From contig JBDRNJ010000064.1 of the NCBI GenBank assembly GCA_043811375.1, positions 72,749-136,748 on the forward strand: a stretch of 64,000 nucleotides of DNA. The letters run 5' to 3'. The notes beneath the pieces were generated by a model. That model had not been told where the DNA came from. It saw only the letters and a program-made list of their open reading frames with translations, and did no database searches. This DNA is from a bacterium. GTDB lineage: Bacteria > Zixibacteria > MSB-5A5 > GN15 > FEB-12. The position numbers and the translations under genes are program-made. Shown piece by piece: positions 29,297-39,006 of this stretch; positions within the stretch are counted from its first letter, which is position 1; every line of letters begins with the position of its first letter.

Positions 29297-31432
29297 TTAC
29301 AACTGCTTCTTCAGATCTTCTACAGTCTCGGCCGGTATGCTGCACACCGAGTTTCGGCAGACATAGGCAATCGCAACACTTTCATCTGGTTGCCGTCCCT
29401 CGAAGAGAGGCAGTGTCGAGTTTCCATTCTTGCTGACGGCTACGATGCTGTTGGGAAGAAAACGACCATATAGCTCCTGTAACATTGTATCTCGTTCGGC
29501 ACCATCTCCAACCAGAACGATCTCAAGCTTGTCGGATAAGCGGTAGTCCAGCGCTAACACCCCCGAAGTCATGGCGGAGGGATTCCCGGCGATTTGACCG
29601 GACAAAGCCGCCAGCGCCTTTTCAGCCGAGTGCAGGTATATATTCCGGTCAGTGAGGCGGTGGAGCTTAAGCAGATTGTCGATCATGACTGAACCGGGAG
29701 CCGGTGTAGCTCCGTCGTGTTCGTCCTTCGGTCTCAGTATCAGATCATCCTGACCGGCGGGTCTCAAGTAGAACGTGCCGTCTTCGTCGAGAAACAGAAC
29801 GATAGCAGTGTCGGCCAGGTTTGAGGCGAGCATCAGCCATTTTTCGCCTTGAGTTGACAGGTCTGACTGGTACAAGTCAATAAGTCCCCTTGCATAATAA
29901 GCGTAATCTTCCAGGAACTGACCATTTGCGTGTTTTTCCTGCCGGTATGAGTGCGTTAGTTTGCCATCCCGCCAGAGTTTTTCGGAAACGAAGGTGGCGT
30001 TGCGGATAGCCGCGTCAAGGTATCGTTTTTCGCCTGTTACCTGATAACCACGACACAGCGCTGTCAGCGCCAGCCCGTTCCAGGATGTTAGTATCTTATC
30101 GTCCGTCAGGGGCCGGATTCGTTTTGCGCGGTGTTCGAAGAGTTTCTCACGCGACCGCTTGACGTACTTCCTGAACTCATCGGGATTACCTTGTTTCTCT
30201 ATCCCTTTCGGAACGTCGGTGATGTGAAGGATATTGTGTCCTTCGAAGTTCCCGGCAGCAGTCACATTATAGTAACCAAGAAATGGTTCAGCGTGATTCG
30301 GTCCGAGGATGGACTCAATCTCTGCTTTGGACCAGACATAGAATTTGCCTTCCTCACCTTCGCTATCGGCATCGAGGGCGGAGTAAAAGCCGCCGTTCGG
30401 ATTGGACATCTCGCGGAGCATCCAGTCAAGTGTCTCACGAACGACTCTGAAGTATTCCTCGTTGTGTGTTATCTGCCAGGCCTCAACGTATACCGGCACC
30501 AGCAGGCTGTTGTCGTACAACATTTTCTCGAAGTGAGGAACCAGCCACTGGCGGTCGGTGCTGTATCTTGAGAAACCACCACCCAGATGATCGTAGATTC
30601 CGCCTCGGGCCATCGCCGTTAGAGCCTTCTCAGTGGCGGTGAGATAGCTGCTGTCTCCGGTAGATTTGAAGTGCCGTAGAAACAGTGACAATTCCAGGGC
30701 ATGAGGAAACTTCGGTTGACTGCCGAATCCGCCGTTGACGTGATCGAAGTTTCGCATCAACTCTGAGGCAGCTAGATCCACGTGGTCCCGAGACAGCTCA
30801 GAATTGGCATTGTTCATACTAAGACGCTGAACTATCTTGTCGTAGAGATCCTCAGACGATTGGAAAATCGCCTGCTTGTCTCGCCGATAGCTGCCGGTGA
30901 TCTCCTTGATCACCTTCATGAACGAAGGGCGGCCGTATCCCTCGACTGGTGGGAAGTATGTTCCTGCAAAGAACGGCTTGAGATAAGGGGTGAGAAAGAC
31001 CGACATAGGCCAGCCACCCGAACCGGTCATGGCCGTGGTGAACGTCATGTATATGTGATCCAGATCCGGTCGTTGTTCGCGATCGACCTTAATGCTGACA
31101 AAGTGTTCGTTGAGTATTGCAGCCACTTCTTCATTCTCAAAGGACTTTCGCTCCATGACGTGGCACCAGTGGCAGGCGGAATAGCCAATAGAGAGGAAGA
31201 TCGGTTTGTCCTCCGCTTTGGCTTTATTCAGTGCTTCATCACCCCATGGATACCAGTCAACCGGGTTGTGGGCGTGGGACAGCAGATAGGGGGAACTCTC
31301 GTTCACAAGATGGTTAGTGTAGTCATGTTCGACGGGTTGCCCTGCCATGCCGTCCTCTCCGGCGAATGCCACGCTTGTGATCTTGCTTACCATAACCACC
31401 ACCAGAATCGCATTAATTGATTTTATGATCAT
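29297..31432 (-). CDS. Thioredoxin-domain protein, YyaL/SSP411 (DUF255) family
   Basis: [45 protein letters not shown]. Confidence 0.93.
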   Translation of the reverse strand: MIIKSINAILVVVMVSKITSVAFAGEDGMAGQPVEHDYTNHLVNESSPYLLSHAHNPVDWYPWGDEALNKAKAEDKPIFLSIGYSACHWCHVMERKSFENEEVAAILNEHFVSIKVDREQRPDLDHIYMTFTTAMTGSGGWPMSVFLTPYLKPFFAGTYFPPVEGYGRPSFMKVIKEITGSYRRDKQAIFQSSEDLYDKIVQRLSMNNANSELSRDHVDLAASELMRNFDHVNGGFGSQPKFPHALELSLFLRHFKSTGDSSYLTATEKALTAMARGGIYDHLGGGFSRYSTDRQWLVPHFEKMLYDNSLLVPVYVEAWQITHNEEYFRVVRETLDWMLREMSNPNGGFYSALDADSEGEEGKFYVWSKAEIESILGPNHAEPFLGYYNVTAAGNFEGHNILHITDVPKGIEKQGNPDEFRKYVKRSREKLFEHRAKRIRPLTDDKILTSWNGLALTALCRGYQVTGEKRYLDAAIRNATFVSEKLWRDGKLTHSYRQEKHANGQFLEDYAYYARGLIDLYQSDLSTQGEKWLMLASNLADTAIVLFLDEDGTFYLRPAGQDDLILRPKDEHDGATPAPGSVMIDNLLKLHRLTDRNIYLHSAEKALAALSGQIAGNPSAMTSGVLALDYRLSDKLEIVLVGDGAERDTMLQELYGRFLPNSIVAVSKNGNSTLPLFEGRQPDESVAIAYVCRNSVCSIPAETVEDLKKQL

Positions 31433-31440
31433 TGTGTGTC

Positions 31441-31569
31441 TGCCGACTCGATACTACGGCCATCGTCTTCCCCAAACTCATCGTGAGACGGATGCGTGCT
31501 GTGCGGAGAACCACACATTACGCATCTCTCACTTCGAAGAGTAGAAGCAAATGCCGAAGTCCGTCGGTA
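31441..31569. other. Long (about 130 nt) imperfect inverted repeat filling the intergenic space
   Basis: Nested complementary blocks around an agaa loop; detailed under findings. Confidence 0.7.
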
Positions 31570-31570
31570 G

Positions 31571-31987
31571 CTACATCTTGCCCTTGAATGGGCAACCATC
31601 CATGGCTTTGCAGTGACCGCACCAGCCCTTCTTCTGGTCGTCGACCGTGAAGGTTTCAACATCCAGCAGATTGGCGTTAGCATAGTAGATGCCGGAGACA
31701 CTGATATCCTTGTTGTGATACTTCTCGCCGGCTATCAGGTCCTTAGAGTAGTCGTTCTCCAGGAAGCTGATATACGTGCCGTCCGCCTTCTTCAGCACAT
31801 GATGGTGTCCGTAAACGGAGCAAGCGGCACGAGCCCCCTCAGCCTCCTTGAGATCGCAACCGGCACAAACCAGTTTGCCTTCAAACGATGCCTTTATGAG
31901 CTTCTGCTTGCCGGTGACTTCACCGGCAGTGCCGGTCAGGGCCACTGCCAGAAGTGTCATCATCGATAATAGGAGCGTTACTTTCAT
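31571..31987 (-). CDS. Secreted Cys/His-containing small protein
   Basis: Signal peptide; CAGC, CSVYGHHH, WCGHCKAMDGCP. Confidence 0.75.
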   Translation of the reverse strand: MKVTLLLSMMTLLAVALTGTAGEVTGKQKLIKASFEGKLVCAGCDLKEAEGARAACSVYGHHHVLKKADGTYISFLENDYSKDLIAGEKYHNKDISVSGIYYANANLLDVETFTVDDQKKGWCGHCKAMDGCPFKGKM

Positions 31988-32041
31988 GACTCGATCCTCT
32001 TTTAAGAGCGTTGTTCAAACTACACTATCTACAACTCTGTA

Positions 32042-32066
32042 AACACGCATCAAGCGCATCAGTTCC
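32042..32066 (-). promoter_or_regulatory. Putative ECF-sigma promoter GGAACT-N14-GTGTT
   Basis: 55 nt upstream of ATG 31987; boxes and spacing identical to 22791..22815. Confidence 0.55.
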
Positions 32067-32356
32067 GGATAATATGGATTATAATACTCCACCAACCCTC
32101 ATTATATTGTGCCCGCAATCAACGGTGACAAACTGCCCGCAAATCATAGCGGCTTCACTGGAACAGAGATAGGCTGCCACGGCTTAGCGTTAGGTAATTC
32201 GCGGAGTACTTAGGCTACAAAACAGAAAAGGTCGATGATCCAGACTCGCTGATCACCGACCAATTGACTTGGTTTAGATTCTTTGTTGCCGGGACATCGA
32301 CAAGTTAGGGATATGGATCGCGCATTTGCGGGACGAAGAATTTCCGAATGTGAGTT

Positions 32357-32737
32357 TTATCCGATCAGTTCCTTGACCTTACTCAGGAGCACATCGCGAT
32401 CGATTGGTTTCTCCAGGAATGCAGCGGGCGTATTGAGTTGTTTGGTGCGATCGATAAACCGTTTCAGGTCGGGCGATACGCCGGTACAGATGATGATCGG
32501 AATATCCCTGGTTTCTTCGGTATTCTGAAGATTCTTCAGTGCCCGCATGCCTGATTCCTGGTCCATTGAGATATCGAGTGTCACCAGGTTCGGTTTTTCG
32601 CTTTTGGCCAGGGCGAAGGCTTCAGCGCCGTTGACGGCCGATATTGTGGCGTAGCCGTTATCTTCAAAAAACACCGTCATCCACTCGATTACATCCGACT
32701 CATCGTCGACAATGAGTATCTTCTTCGGTTCGGTCAT
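32357..32737 (-). CDS. Single-domain response regulator
   Basis: ILIVDDE, LVTLDISM, IIICTG, LEKPID; probable start MTEPKKI. Confidence 0.92.
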   Translation of the reverse strand: MTEPKKILIVDDESDVIEWMTVFFEDNGYATISAVNGAEAFALAKSEKPNLVTLDISMDQESGMRALKNLQNTEETRDIPIIICTGVSPDLKRFIDRTKQLNTPAAFLEKPIDRDVLLSKVKELIG

Positions 32738-32741
32738 CGTG

Positions 32742-34202
32742 TCATATCTCCTCGGTTTCGGTGGACTCACTATCAGTTTCAGTGGAAGGTTCGGGTCTCT
32801 TGCGCGGCAATTCAACAAAAAACCGGCTGCCTTCCCCAGGTTCGGATTCGATCCGGATATTCCCCCCGTGCGACATCACGATTTTGTGGGCGATGAACAG
32901 TCCCAGCCCGGTACCGCCGGCGCCTTTCGACGAGAAAAACAGGCTGAACGCTTTCTCGCGGGTCTCACGGTCCATCCCGATCCCGTTGTCGCTGATAATA
33001 AACTGGATACCGTCGTCAAGATCATGTAGTTCGAGCTTAACCAGGTGGTGCGGTTTGCTTTTGTCGATCCGGCAGGCATCGATGGCGTTCTCAATGAAGT
33101 TCACCAGCATGGAGCGGATCATCTGTCGGTCGCCCTCGTATTCGCCGGTGCCGGTTACCGTGCACTCGACTTCGACTTCTACTTTCCTGGCTCGGTCGGT
33201 CATCGTCTTACAGACGTCTTCCAAAATCTCCCCGGCCGAAATCTGCTCCCAGTTCGGGTCGCGATCCTTGGCGTAATAGAGAATATCCATGACCATCGAA
33301 CGGATGCGACGGATATTCCTCAAGGCCATATCCCAGCCCTTGTCGACCCGGGCGGTGTCGTTCTTCTTAATGCCGGAGTTGATCAGATAGATACCGCCGT
33401 CGAGACTGTTTAGCAACCCCTTGATACCATGTGACACGGTGCCGATAAGCATCCCCACCGACGCCAGTTTATCCTGGAGTTGGCGGATCATCGTGATATT
33501 GGTGCTCATCTCGATGACACCTTCGATAACACCCTCGCCGTTGTGTAGGGGAGCCGTATGCACCAGCACGTTCATTAGCTCTCCCGACTGCGACGAAACA
33601 ACCTCCTCGTGGTTGCGGGGTTTACCGTCGGTGAAGGTTTGACGCACGGTGCAGGGCAGACACTCTTTATCCCGATGCTTGTAGATTTCGAAGCACTTTC
33701 TGCCATAGCCGGTACCGAAGGTTTCACGATGCAAGCGGTTGGCATCGGTTATGTTAAGATCCTGATCCTGAATCGAGATGAAACAGGGAACTTCCTCAAA
33801 CAGTTGCCGATACTTCCGGCGACTGGTGCGGATATCCATTTGAAGGTCTTTAAGCAGGGTTATGTCGGTTGACATCTCAATGACTTCCGACACCTCACCG
33901 TTGTCGTCGAGAATCGGCGTCGTGTATACCAACACCGAAACCTGCTTGCCACCCAGAGTGGTGACCAGCTCTTCGCTGCGGTGCTTCTGGCCATCGGAGA
34001 AAGTCCGGGCGACGGGACAATCTTCACATCGCTCGGGCCTTTGTTTGTAGACCTGGTAGCAATACCTGTCATTATAGTCGCCGAAATTCCTCCGAAACGA
34101 ATCATTGGCCTCGATAATCCGGAAGTCACGATCCTGAACGGTCAGATATCCTGGTATAGCATTGAATATCTTATCCGAAAATCTGCGGCGCTGACGATCC
34201 AT
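32742..34202 (-). CDS. Cytoplasmic histidine kinase with two Cys-rich PAS domains
   Basis: CYQVY..CEDCPV and CFEIY..CLPCTV; SHGIKG H-box; DNGIGM; GTGLGL. Confidence 0.9.
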   Translation of the reverse strand: MDRQRRRFSDKIFNAIPGYLTVQDRDFRIIEANDSFRRNFGDYNDRYCYQVYKQRPERCEDCPVARTFSDGQKHRSEELVTTLGGKQVSVLVYTTPILDDNGEVSEVIEMSTDITLLKDLQMDIRTSRRKYRQLFEEVPCFISIQDQDLNITDANRLHRETFGTGYGRKCFEIYKHRDKECLPCTVRQTFTDGKPRNHEEVVSSQSGELMNVLVHTAPLHNGEGVIEGVIEMSTNITMIRQLQDKLASVGMLIGTVSHGIKGLLNSLDGGIYLINSGIKKNDTARVDKGWDMALRNIRRIRSMVMDILYYAKDRDPNWEQISAGEILEDVCKTMTDRARKVEVEVECTVTGTGEYEGDRQMIRSMLVNFIENAIDACRIDKSKPHHLVKLELHDLDDGIQFIISDNGIGMDRETREKAFSLFFSSKGAGGTGLGLFIAHKIVMSHGGNIRIESEPGEGSRFFVELPRKRPEPSTETDSESTETEEI

Positions 34203-34236
34203 CGCTTACCTCTCTGCAACCTGGTGTAAGTTGACC

Positions 34237-36018
34237 TTACTCGGTAGCAATCAGTTTAAAGATCTTCCTCACATTCAAGAGGATACTCTCTTCATCAACC
34301 GGTTTGTTAAGGTAACCTTCCGGCGGAGGTCCCGGTCGATCATATATTAACTGTCTCATCTCCGGTTTGCCGGTGATAATGCAGACCGGAATCTGTGAGG
34401 TCTCGTCGGTTTTCCGCAACAGCTCAAACACTTCGATTCCCGACTTGCCCGGCATCGAAATGTCCAGTGTAATGAGATCGGGCTTTTCGGTCTTTGCCAT
34501 ATCGAAGGCTTCATTGCCATCGGTCGCTCTGAGCACGGTTGCGCCGTTGTCCTCCAGCACGGTGGAAACGAAGGTAACAAAATCCGGCTCGTCGTCGGCT
34601 ACCAGAATCCGGTAACCGGCCAGCGCGGTCGCTTCGGCCACCACCGGCGCTACTTCAGCAGGTGCTTCTTCAACCTTGGGTTCAGTGACCAGAGCATTGG
34701 CGACCAGGTTTACAAGTTGGGCAATCCCTAAGTCGAGTTTGTAATGCTTGATCAGGTCGGCCAATCCGTCGACACAATTATGGCACGAAGTCACGACAAT
34801 CTTGGCCCCAGTGGCTGTGAGCTGGTCAGCCTTGATCTTGGCCGACTTCAACCTCCGGGGCGTATATTCGGACATCGACATAGCCCCGCCACCCCCGGTA
34901 CAACAATAGTTTTCGGCCCGGTTGGGATACATCTCACGGAAATCCGCACAGACCAGATTCAGTAGTTCGCGGGGTTCTTCATACAGCCCGCAACTCCTGG
35001 CATTATTGCACGAATCGTGAAAGGTTACTGGAATTGAATTCTTGGACTTGTCAACTTTGATCCGCCCCTCCTTGATATAGCGAATCATCGTGATGACCGA
35101 ACTCTCCATCACGAAATCATTGACATCCATGCCCGCCCAGTTGGGACCCTCACATCGGGTGGAGCGGTAACCATGCCCGCACTCCGAGATCACCAGGGTT
35201 TTTCCTCGGAGTTCGGAGGTTTTTTCATAGAGTCGACGCGCTACTGCGCCCCCCAGGTCATCATCACCTGAGAATAAACCGAAATTGGTCATATCCCAGT
35301 GCTCGCTTGGCATGGTCCAATTCTCACCGGCGGCATAGAATATCTTGGCGGCGTCGGAAATAGTGCGCGGGTCATACTTCACTTCCCTGGGATTGATCGA
35401 GTAGACCACCTCGCAGTCCGGCTTATCGATAGGGATGGTGGCTCGGGGGTCCCCCATTTCCATCTCAAGTTCTTCACCCAGCCACTCGAGCGTTTCCACA
35501 TAGTCCTCTTTGAGTACGCCCATCTGGTTGCCCAACTCCCATTGATCCTTGGAGACCACCGCCACGCCCTCGGGCATCACCCCGACCGAAACCAGCAGGC
35601 CTCGTGCCATCCGGTTGAAAGTCGCATAATCCACGCCCATGGGACAGTTGATAGAACACCGCCGACAATTGGTACACTTGCCGAAGACGATGTCTTTCAG
35701 ATCCTCCAGGTCCTGGTCCGTATATATGCTCTTGGCATGAACCCACCAGGGGAATACCCGGCCGGTCCAATCGAAGTGACGCTTGAATATCCTGCGGATG
35801 CGATCGGCCTTGTAAGCCGGAGCGTAGGAGGGATCATCAGGATTGGCTAACACATAGTGACACATATTGGTGCAGTTGCCACAATGGACACAGGCCACCA
35901 TGGAACCCACTATCTGACGGTTGAGTTTCTTTTCAAAACGCTCAAGTACCTTCTGGGCTTTGTAGGATCGCTTGGTATTACCATTACTCATCATGTTCTC
36001 CATTCGTTTTCTGCCCAA
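34237..36018 (-). CDS. HmcF/TmcB-like (HdrD-type, CCG) Fe-S protein fused to a C-terminal receiver domain
   Basis: CVHCGNC, CTNCRRCSINCP, ECGHG, HDSC, CCTGGGG, SCHNC; then ILVADDE..LDISMP..KP. The true start may lie slightly downstream. Confidence 0.88.
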   Translation of the reverse strand: MGRKRMENMMSNGNTKRSYKAQKVLERFEKKLNRQIVGSMVACVHCGNCTNMCHYVLANPDDPSYAPAYKADRIRRIFKRHFDWTGRVFPWWVHAKSIYTDQDLEDLKDIVFGKCTNCRRCSINCPMGVDYATFNRMARGLLVSVGVMPEGVAVVSKDQWELGNQMGVLKEDYVETLEWLGEELEMEMGDPRATIPIDKPDCEVVYSINPREVKYDPRTISDAAKIFYAAGENWTMPSEHWDMTNFGLFSGDDDLGGAVARRLYEKTSELRGKTLVISECGHGYRSTRCEGPNWAGMDVNDFVMESSVITMIRYIKEGRIKVDKSKNSIPVTFHDSCNNARSCGLYEEPRELLNLVCADFREMYPNRAENYCCTGGGGAMSMSEYTPRRLKSAKIKADQLTATGAKIVVTSCHNCVDGLADLIKHYKLDLGIAQLVNLVANALVTEPKVEEAPAEVAPVVAEATALAGYRILVADDEPDFVTFVSTVLEDNGATVLRATDGNEAFDMAKTEKPDLITLDISMPGKSGIEVFELLRKTDETSQIPVCIITGKPEMRQLIYDRPGPPPEGYLNKPVDEESILLNVRKIFKLIATE

Positions 36019-36021
36019 AGG

Positions 36022-36705
36022 CTACTTGCGCGGTTCTGGGGCATGGGTAACAGGGTAAACTCCGCGGTACCCCATAGTCTTGCCAAAATAGTAACGTGTT
36101 ATCGGGTAGTACAGGTAGTGTGATATTTTGCTGAAGGGTACATAGATCAGGAAAAAGGCGGTCAGGATGAAATAGGTCAGCAAGACGCCCTCGCCATCTT
36201 GGTAGTTATTCGGAACTGCCAGAGCAGCAAAGAAGAACCAGATGGTAAGCAATATCAGCGAGAAATAGTCATCCGGGCTACTGATCGCACGCATGTGCTT
36301 GTCACTTGCTCTTCTAATTATGCGAAGAATACCGACCAGGCAGGAGGCACCAATGATAACCTGAAGAATTGGAACAACCAAAGGTACTTCCAGCAGTCGC
36401 GGCAGGTAAGGAATAACAAATGAAAGGGCGATGGCGACCGCAACTCCCAGATGGAACACAACGAACTGCAGGTATATAAGAAACCTCGTGCGCGAGCTTT
36501 CCATCGACCAGGGCATGGCAATGTTAGCCCAGGAATACAGGATACCTCTTTTCATAGTTGTTCCGGGCATTCCTGTTTCCGGTTGACGATCGCGACCGGC
36601 TTTGAATCTGAACAACCAAACGAGACGCAGGATATAGACGATGGCCATGATAGCCAAAGCCACTTCCTGGAGAGTATGTTCTGAAAAGTGAAGAAAATCG
36701 CTCAT
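36022..36705 (-). CDS. HmcE/TmcC-like (NarI-type) membrane subunit
   Basis: About five TMs, VFHLG, ISSPDD, PFSKISHY; adjacent to the HmcF-like gene. Confidence 0.8.
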   Translation of the reverse strand: MSDFLHFSEHTLQEVALAIMAIVYILRLVWLFRFKAGRDRQPETGMPGTTMKRGILYSWANIAMPWSMESSRTRFLIYLQFVVFHLGVAVAIALSFVIPYLPRLLEVPLVVPILQVIIGASCLVGILRIIRRASDKHMRAISSPDDYFSLILLTIWFFFAALAVPNNYQDGEGVLLTYFILTAFFLIYVPFSKISHYLYYPITRYYFGKTMGYRGVYPVTHAPEPRK

Positions 36706-36721
36706 TATCTGCTCTCCTTAG

Positions 36722-37252
36722 TTACTTCAGACTCTCTAGCTTATTCTGAAACGGTTTGTACTCATGATGATCCCAGAGACAAACGAGCACTTCTTCCAGG
36801 CAGGTCTGATTCTCAAGGAAGGAGACAATCGTTTCCAGGGTGAGTTCGGCGCTCTGGTTCAAGGGCACGCCATAGAATCCGTAGCCCATTGGGGGAAAGG
36901 CTATCCTTTTGATACCTTTCTCCTCGGCCAGTTTGAGAGCATTGACAATCGTCGCTCTGAGCTTGTCAGGTGTGCCCTCTTCCTGGAACTTGGGACCGTT
37001 GGCATGAATTATATACTTGGCCTTCATTTCGCCGGCTTCGGTGATAACGCATTCATTGGGTGCCAGGGGACCCATTTTATCAAGTATCTTTTGTATCGAA
37101 GGACCGCCCCGCACGGCAATCGCACCCCCGTAACCGGAACCGAGTTTCAAATCGGATTGGGCGTAGTAAACGAAGCATTCCGCATCGGTGTCGGTTACGT
37201 CGCACCGTTCCAGTCGTATGACACTCCGGTTGACCTGTTTCTCATCTGCCAT
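36722..37252 (-). CDS. Macro domain protein, divergent
   Basis: CDVT, GSGYGGAI..RGG, IIHANGP, IAFPPMGYGFYG; probable start MADEKQ. Confidence 0.85.
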   Translation of the reverse strand: MADEKQVNRSVIRLERCDVTDTDAECFVYYAQSDLKLGSGYGGAIAVRGGPSIQKILDKMGPLAPNECVITEAGEMKAKYIIHANGPKFQEEGTPDKLRATIVNALKLAEEKGIKRIAFPPMGYGFYGVPLNQSAELTLETIVSFLENQTCLEEVLVCLWDHHEYKPFQNKLESLK

Positions 37253-37272
37253 ACTGCTACCTTTCGTTGTAT

Positions 37273-38073
37273 CTACACATTCTGTTGTTCTGCAAGTTTG
37301 GGGACTCCCCGGATACAATTCTTCAGTTGTTCAATCGTAAATGGTTTCTTTATCCACCCAAAGATTTCTTGATCGCAATAGTCCTTAATCTTCATGACCC
37401 GTGATGACAGTATGAGCCGCGGAACCGGGATACGAATATCAGAAAACAGATTGCTGCAGATCTCGGCCGTCCGGCGTTTTCCGAAGGCGCAGTCGACAAT
37501 GATATAGTCGGGTCGAAAACTCTGGATCAGGGTCGCTGTCTCGTATTCACCGGTTGCGAACCGGACTTCAATACCCTCACTTACCCCGGAGCCCTGCAGG
37601 TCAGATATCAGTTTACCGCTACGAACCAGGGCGATCACATTTATGCCCTGACCCTGAACCGTTTGGTAGTAGTTACACTCGGGGCACTCGGTGTCGCACA
37701 TGAGGTTGAGACAGCCCAATCCGCCGGGCAGGTCCTTCAACTCGTAGCAACGCCGCGCTCGCGAACGAAACGTTATGCAGTCGCGACACTCTTCCTTGAT
37801 CTCACCGCCGGCTGCCAGAAACTCCCAGCAGTATTGATGTGCCGCCGGCCGCGATGACAACTGTTCCCAGTCAACGGTGATCGGAGTTTCGGATGCGAAC
37901 GAGCTCAACTCAGACACAGGGATCCGGAAATGACCTCCCAGGGTCCGGCGTGACTTCACTTTACCGGCCTTGACCCATTTGAGGACGGTGTCCGGCGATA
38001 CACACAGAAGTTTGGCCGCTTCGGTAGTCGTCAGGTAATCTCTGCTTCTGAATTCGTCAGGCATTTCTGTCAT
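37273..38073 (-). CDS. Excisionase-like HTH plus Cys-rich domain plus atypical receiver domain
   Basis: YLTTTEAAKLL.VSPDTV.KW...RTLGGHFRI; CWEF..CRDC..CYE..C..C..CPEC; PDYIIVD..KKPF. Confidence 0.85.
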   Translation of the reverse strand: MTEMPDEFRSRDYLTTTEAAKLLCVSPDTVLKWVKAGKVKSRRTLGGHFRIPVSELSSFASETPITVDWEQLSSRPAAHQYCWEFLAAGGEIKEECRDCITFRSRARRCYELKDLPGGLGCLNLMCDTECPECNYYQTVQGQGINVIALVRSGKLISDLQGSGVSEGIEVRFATGEYETATLIQSFRPDYIIVDCAFGKRRTAEICSNLFSDIRIPVPRLILSSRVMKIKDYCDQEIFGWIKKPFTIEQLKNCIRGVPKLAEQQNV

Positions 38074-38346
38074 TTCTGAGTTTTCTGAGTTTCTATTAAT
38101 TTATAAGAACAAGTGTGGTTTCTGTCAAGTGGTTTTGGACATACTTTATGTAATTATTAACAGTATAGTATTATCTATATGATTGACAAGAGTTTATCCA
38201 TTGGCACCGGCAGTCAACAACGAAACTGTCAGCCCAGTTCAGGCTGGACTGAGCCATCTGCGTCAGCGAATCCAAGCCTGTCTACTTCTCCGAGCGGGGG
38301 AGAACTCAGACCGAGAAGTTCTGCCTATTGAATAGTCAACCCGAAA

Positions 38347-38982
38347 TTAACTCTTGAAAACGATAGAAAGCGCCGGGAATTCCGTCTCAACCATCAGGAA
38401 TGACAGCGCCAGCCAATCCAATGGGATCCAGGATATTCCCTCATGGAATGATCTACCATCATAATTGGCAAAAACAGAGTATCGCTCATAGAAACTCGTG
38501 GTGATACCGGCTTGCCCGTAAATTTCGTCAAAATCCGGTACGAGTGTAGCCGCTCCGGTCGATAGTCGTACGCCAAAGATTTCGCTGATTTCCCATGACT
38601 TGATGAATTGCGCATATATTGATTGGTCACTTCCACCAGTCTGAACACTACCGGTTCCCAATATGATGCCGGGTTTCCAGCCATCCTCCTGTTCCAATAC
38701 CGGTTGAGTTCTTACGTTCCAAAGAACTTTTTCGGTTCGAACGGCGTATCCAATACCGGCATCAAGCCAGCTCAATATTCCATATCTGGCGTTCAATACT
38801 GTTCTCTCCTCGTCCGCTGTTGGAATACTCAATCCAGAAATCATCACCATTCTTTGTGAGAGCAAGGCACCATCATTGTTGCCTGCCCCGGAACATACGG
38901 GGCAGGAAGGTCCGCATTCCTGGGCAAAGGTTATTCCTGCAAATAGTAATATTAATAATAAGCTCAAGTGAATCTTATTCAT
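38347..38982 (-). CDS. Secreted protein with N-terminal CGPSCPVC motif, beta-rich
   Basis: Signal peptide; last gene of the czc-like operon. Confidence 0.7.
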   Translation of the reverse strand: MNKIHLSLLLILLFAGITFAQECGPSCPVCSGAGNNDGALLSQRMVMISGLSIPTADEERTVLNARYGILSWLDAGIGYAVRTEKVLWNVRTQPVLEQEDGWKPGIILGTGSVQTGGSDQSIYAQFIKSWEISEIFGVRLSTGAATLVPDFDEIYGQAGITTSFYERYSVFANYDGRSFHEGISWIPLDWLALSFLMVETEFPALSIVFKS

Positions 38983-39006
38983 GTCTTTTCCTTTCAGGTA
39001 ATCTGC

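Noticed and set aside
37273..38073. Prophage excisionase
   Set aside because: The HTH is fused to sensory and receiver domains in a redox operon, with no phage genes nearby.
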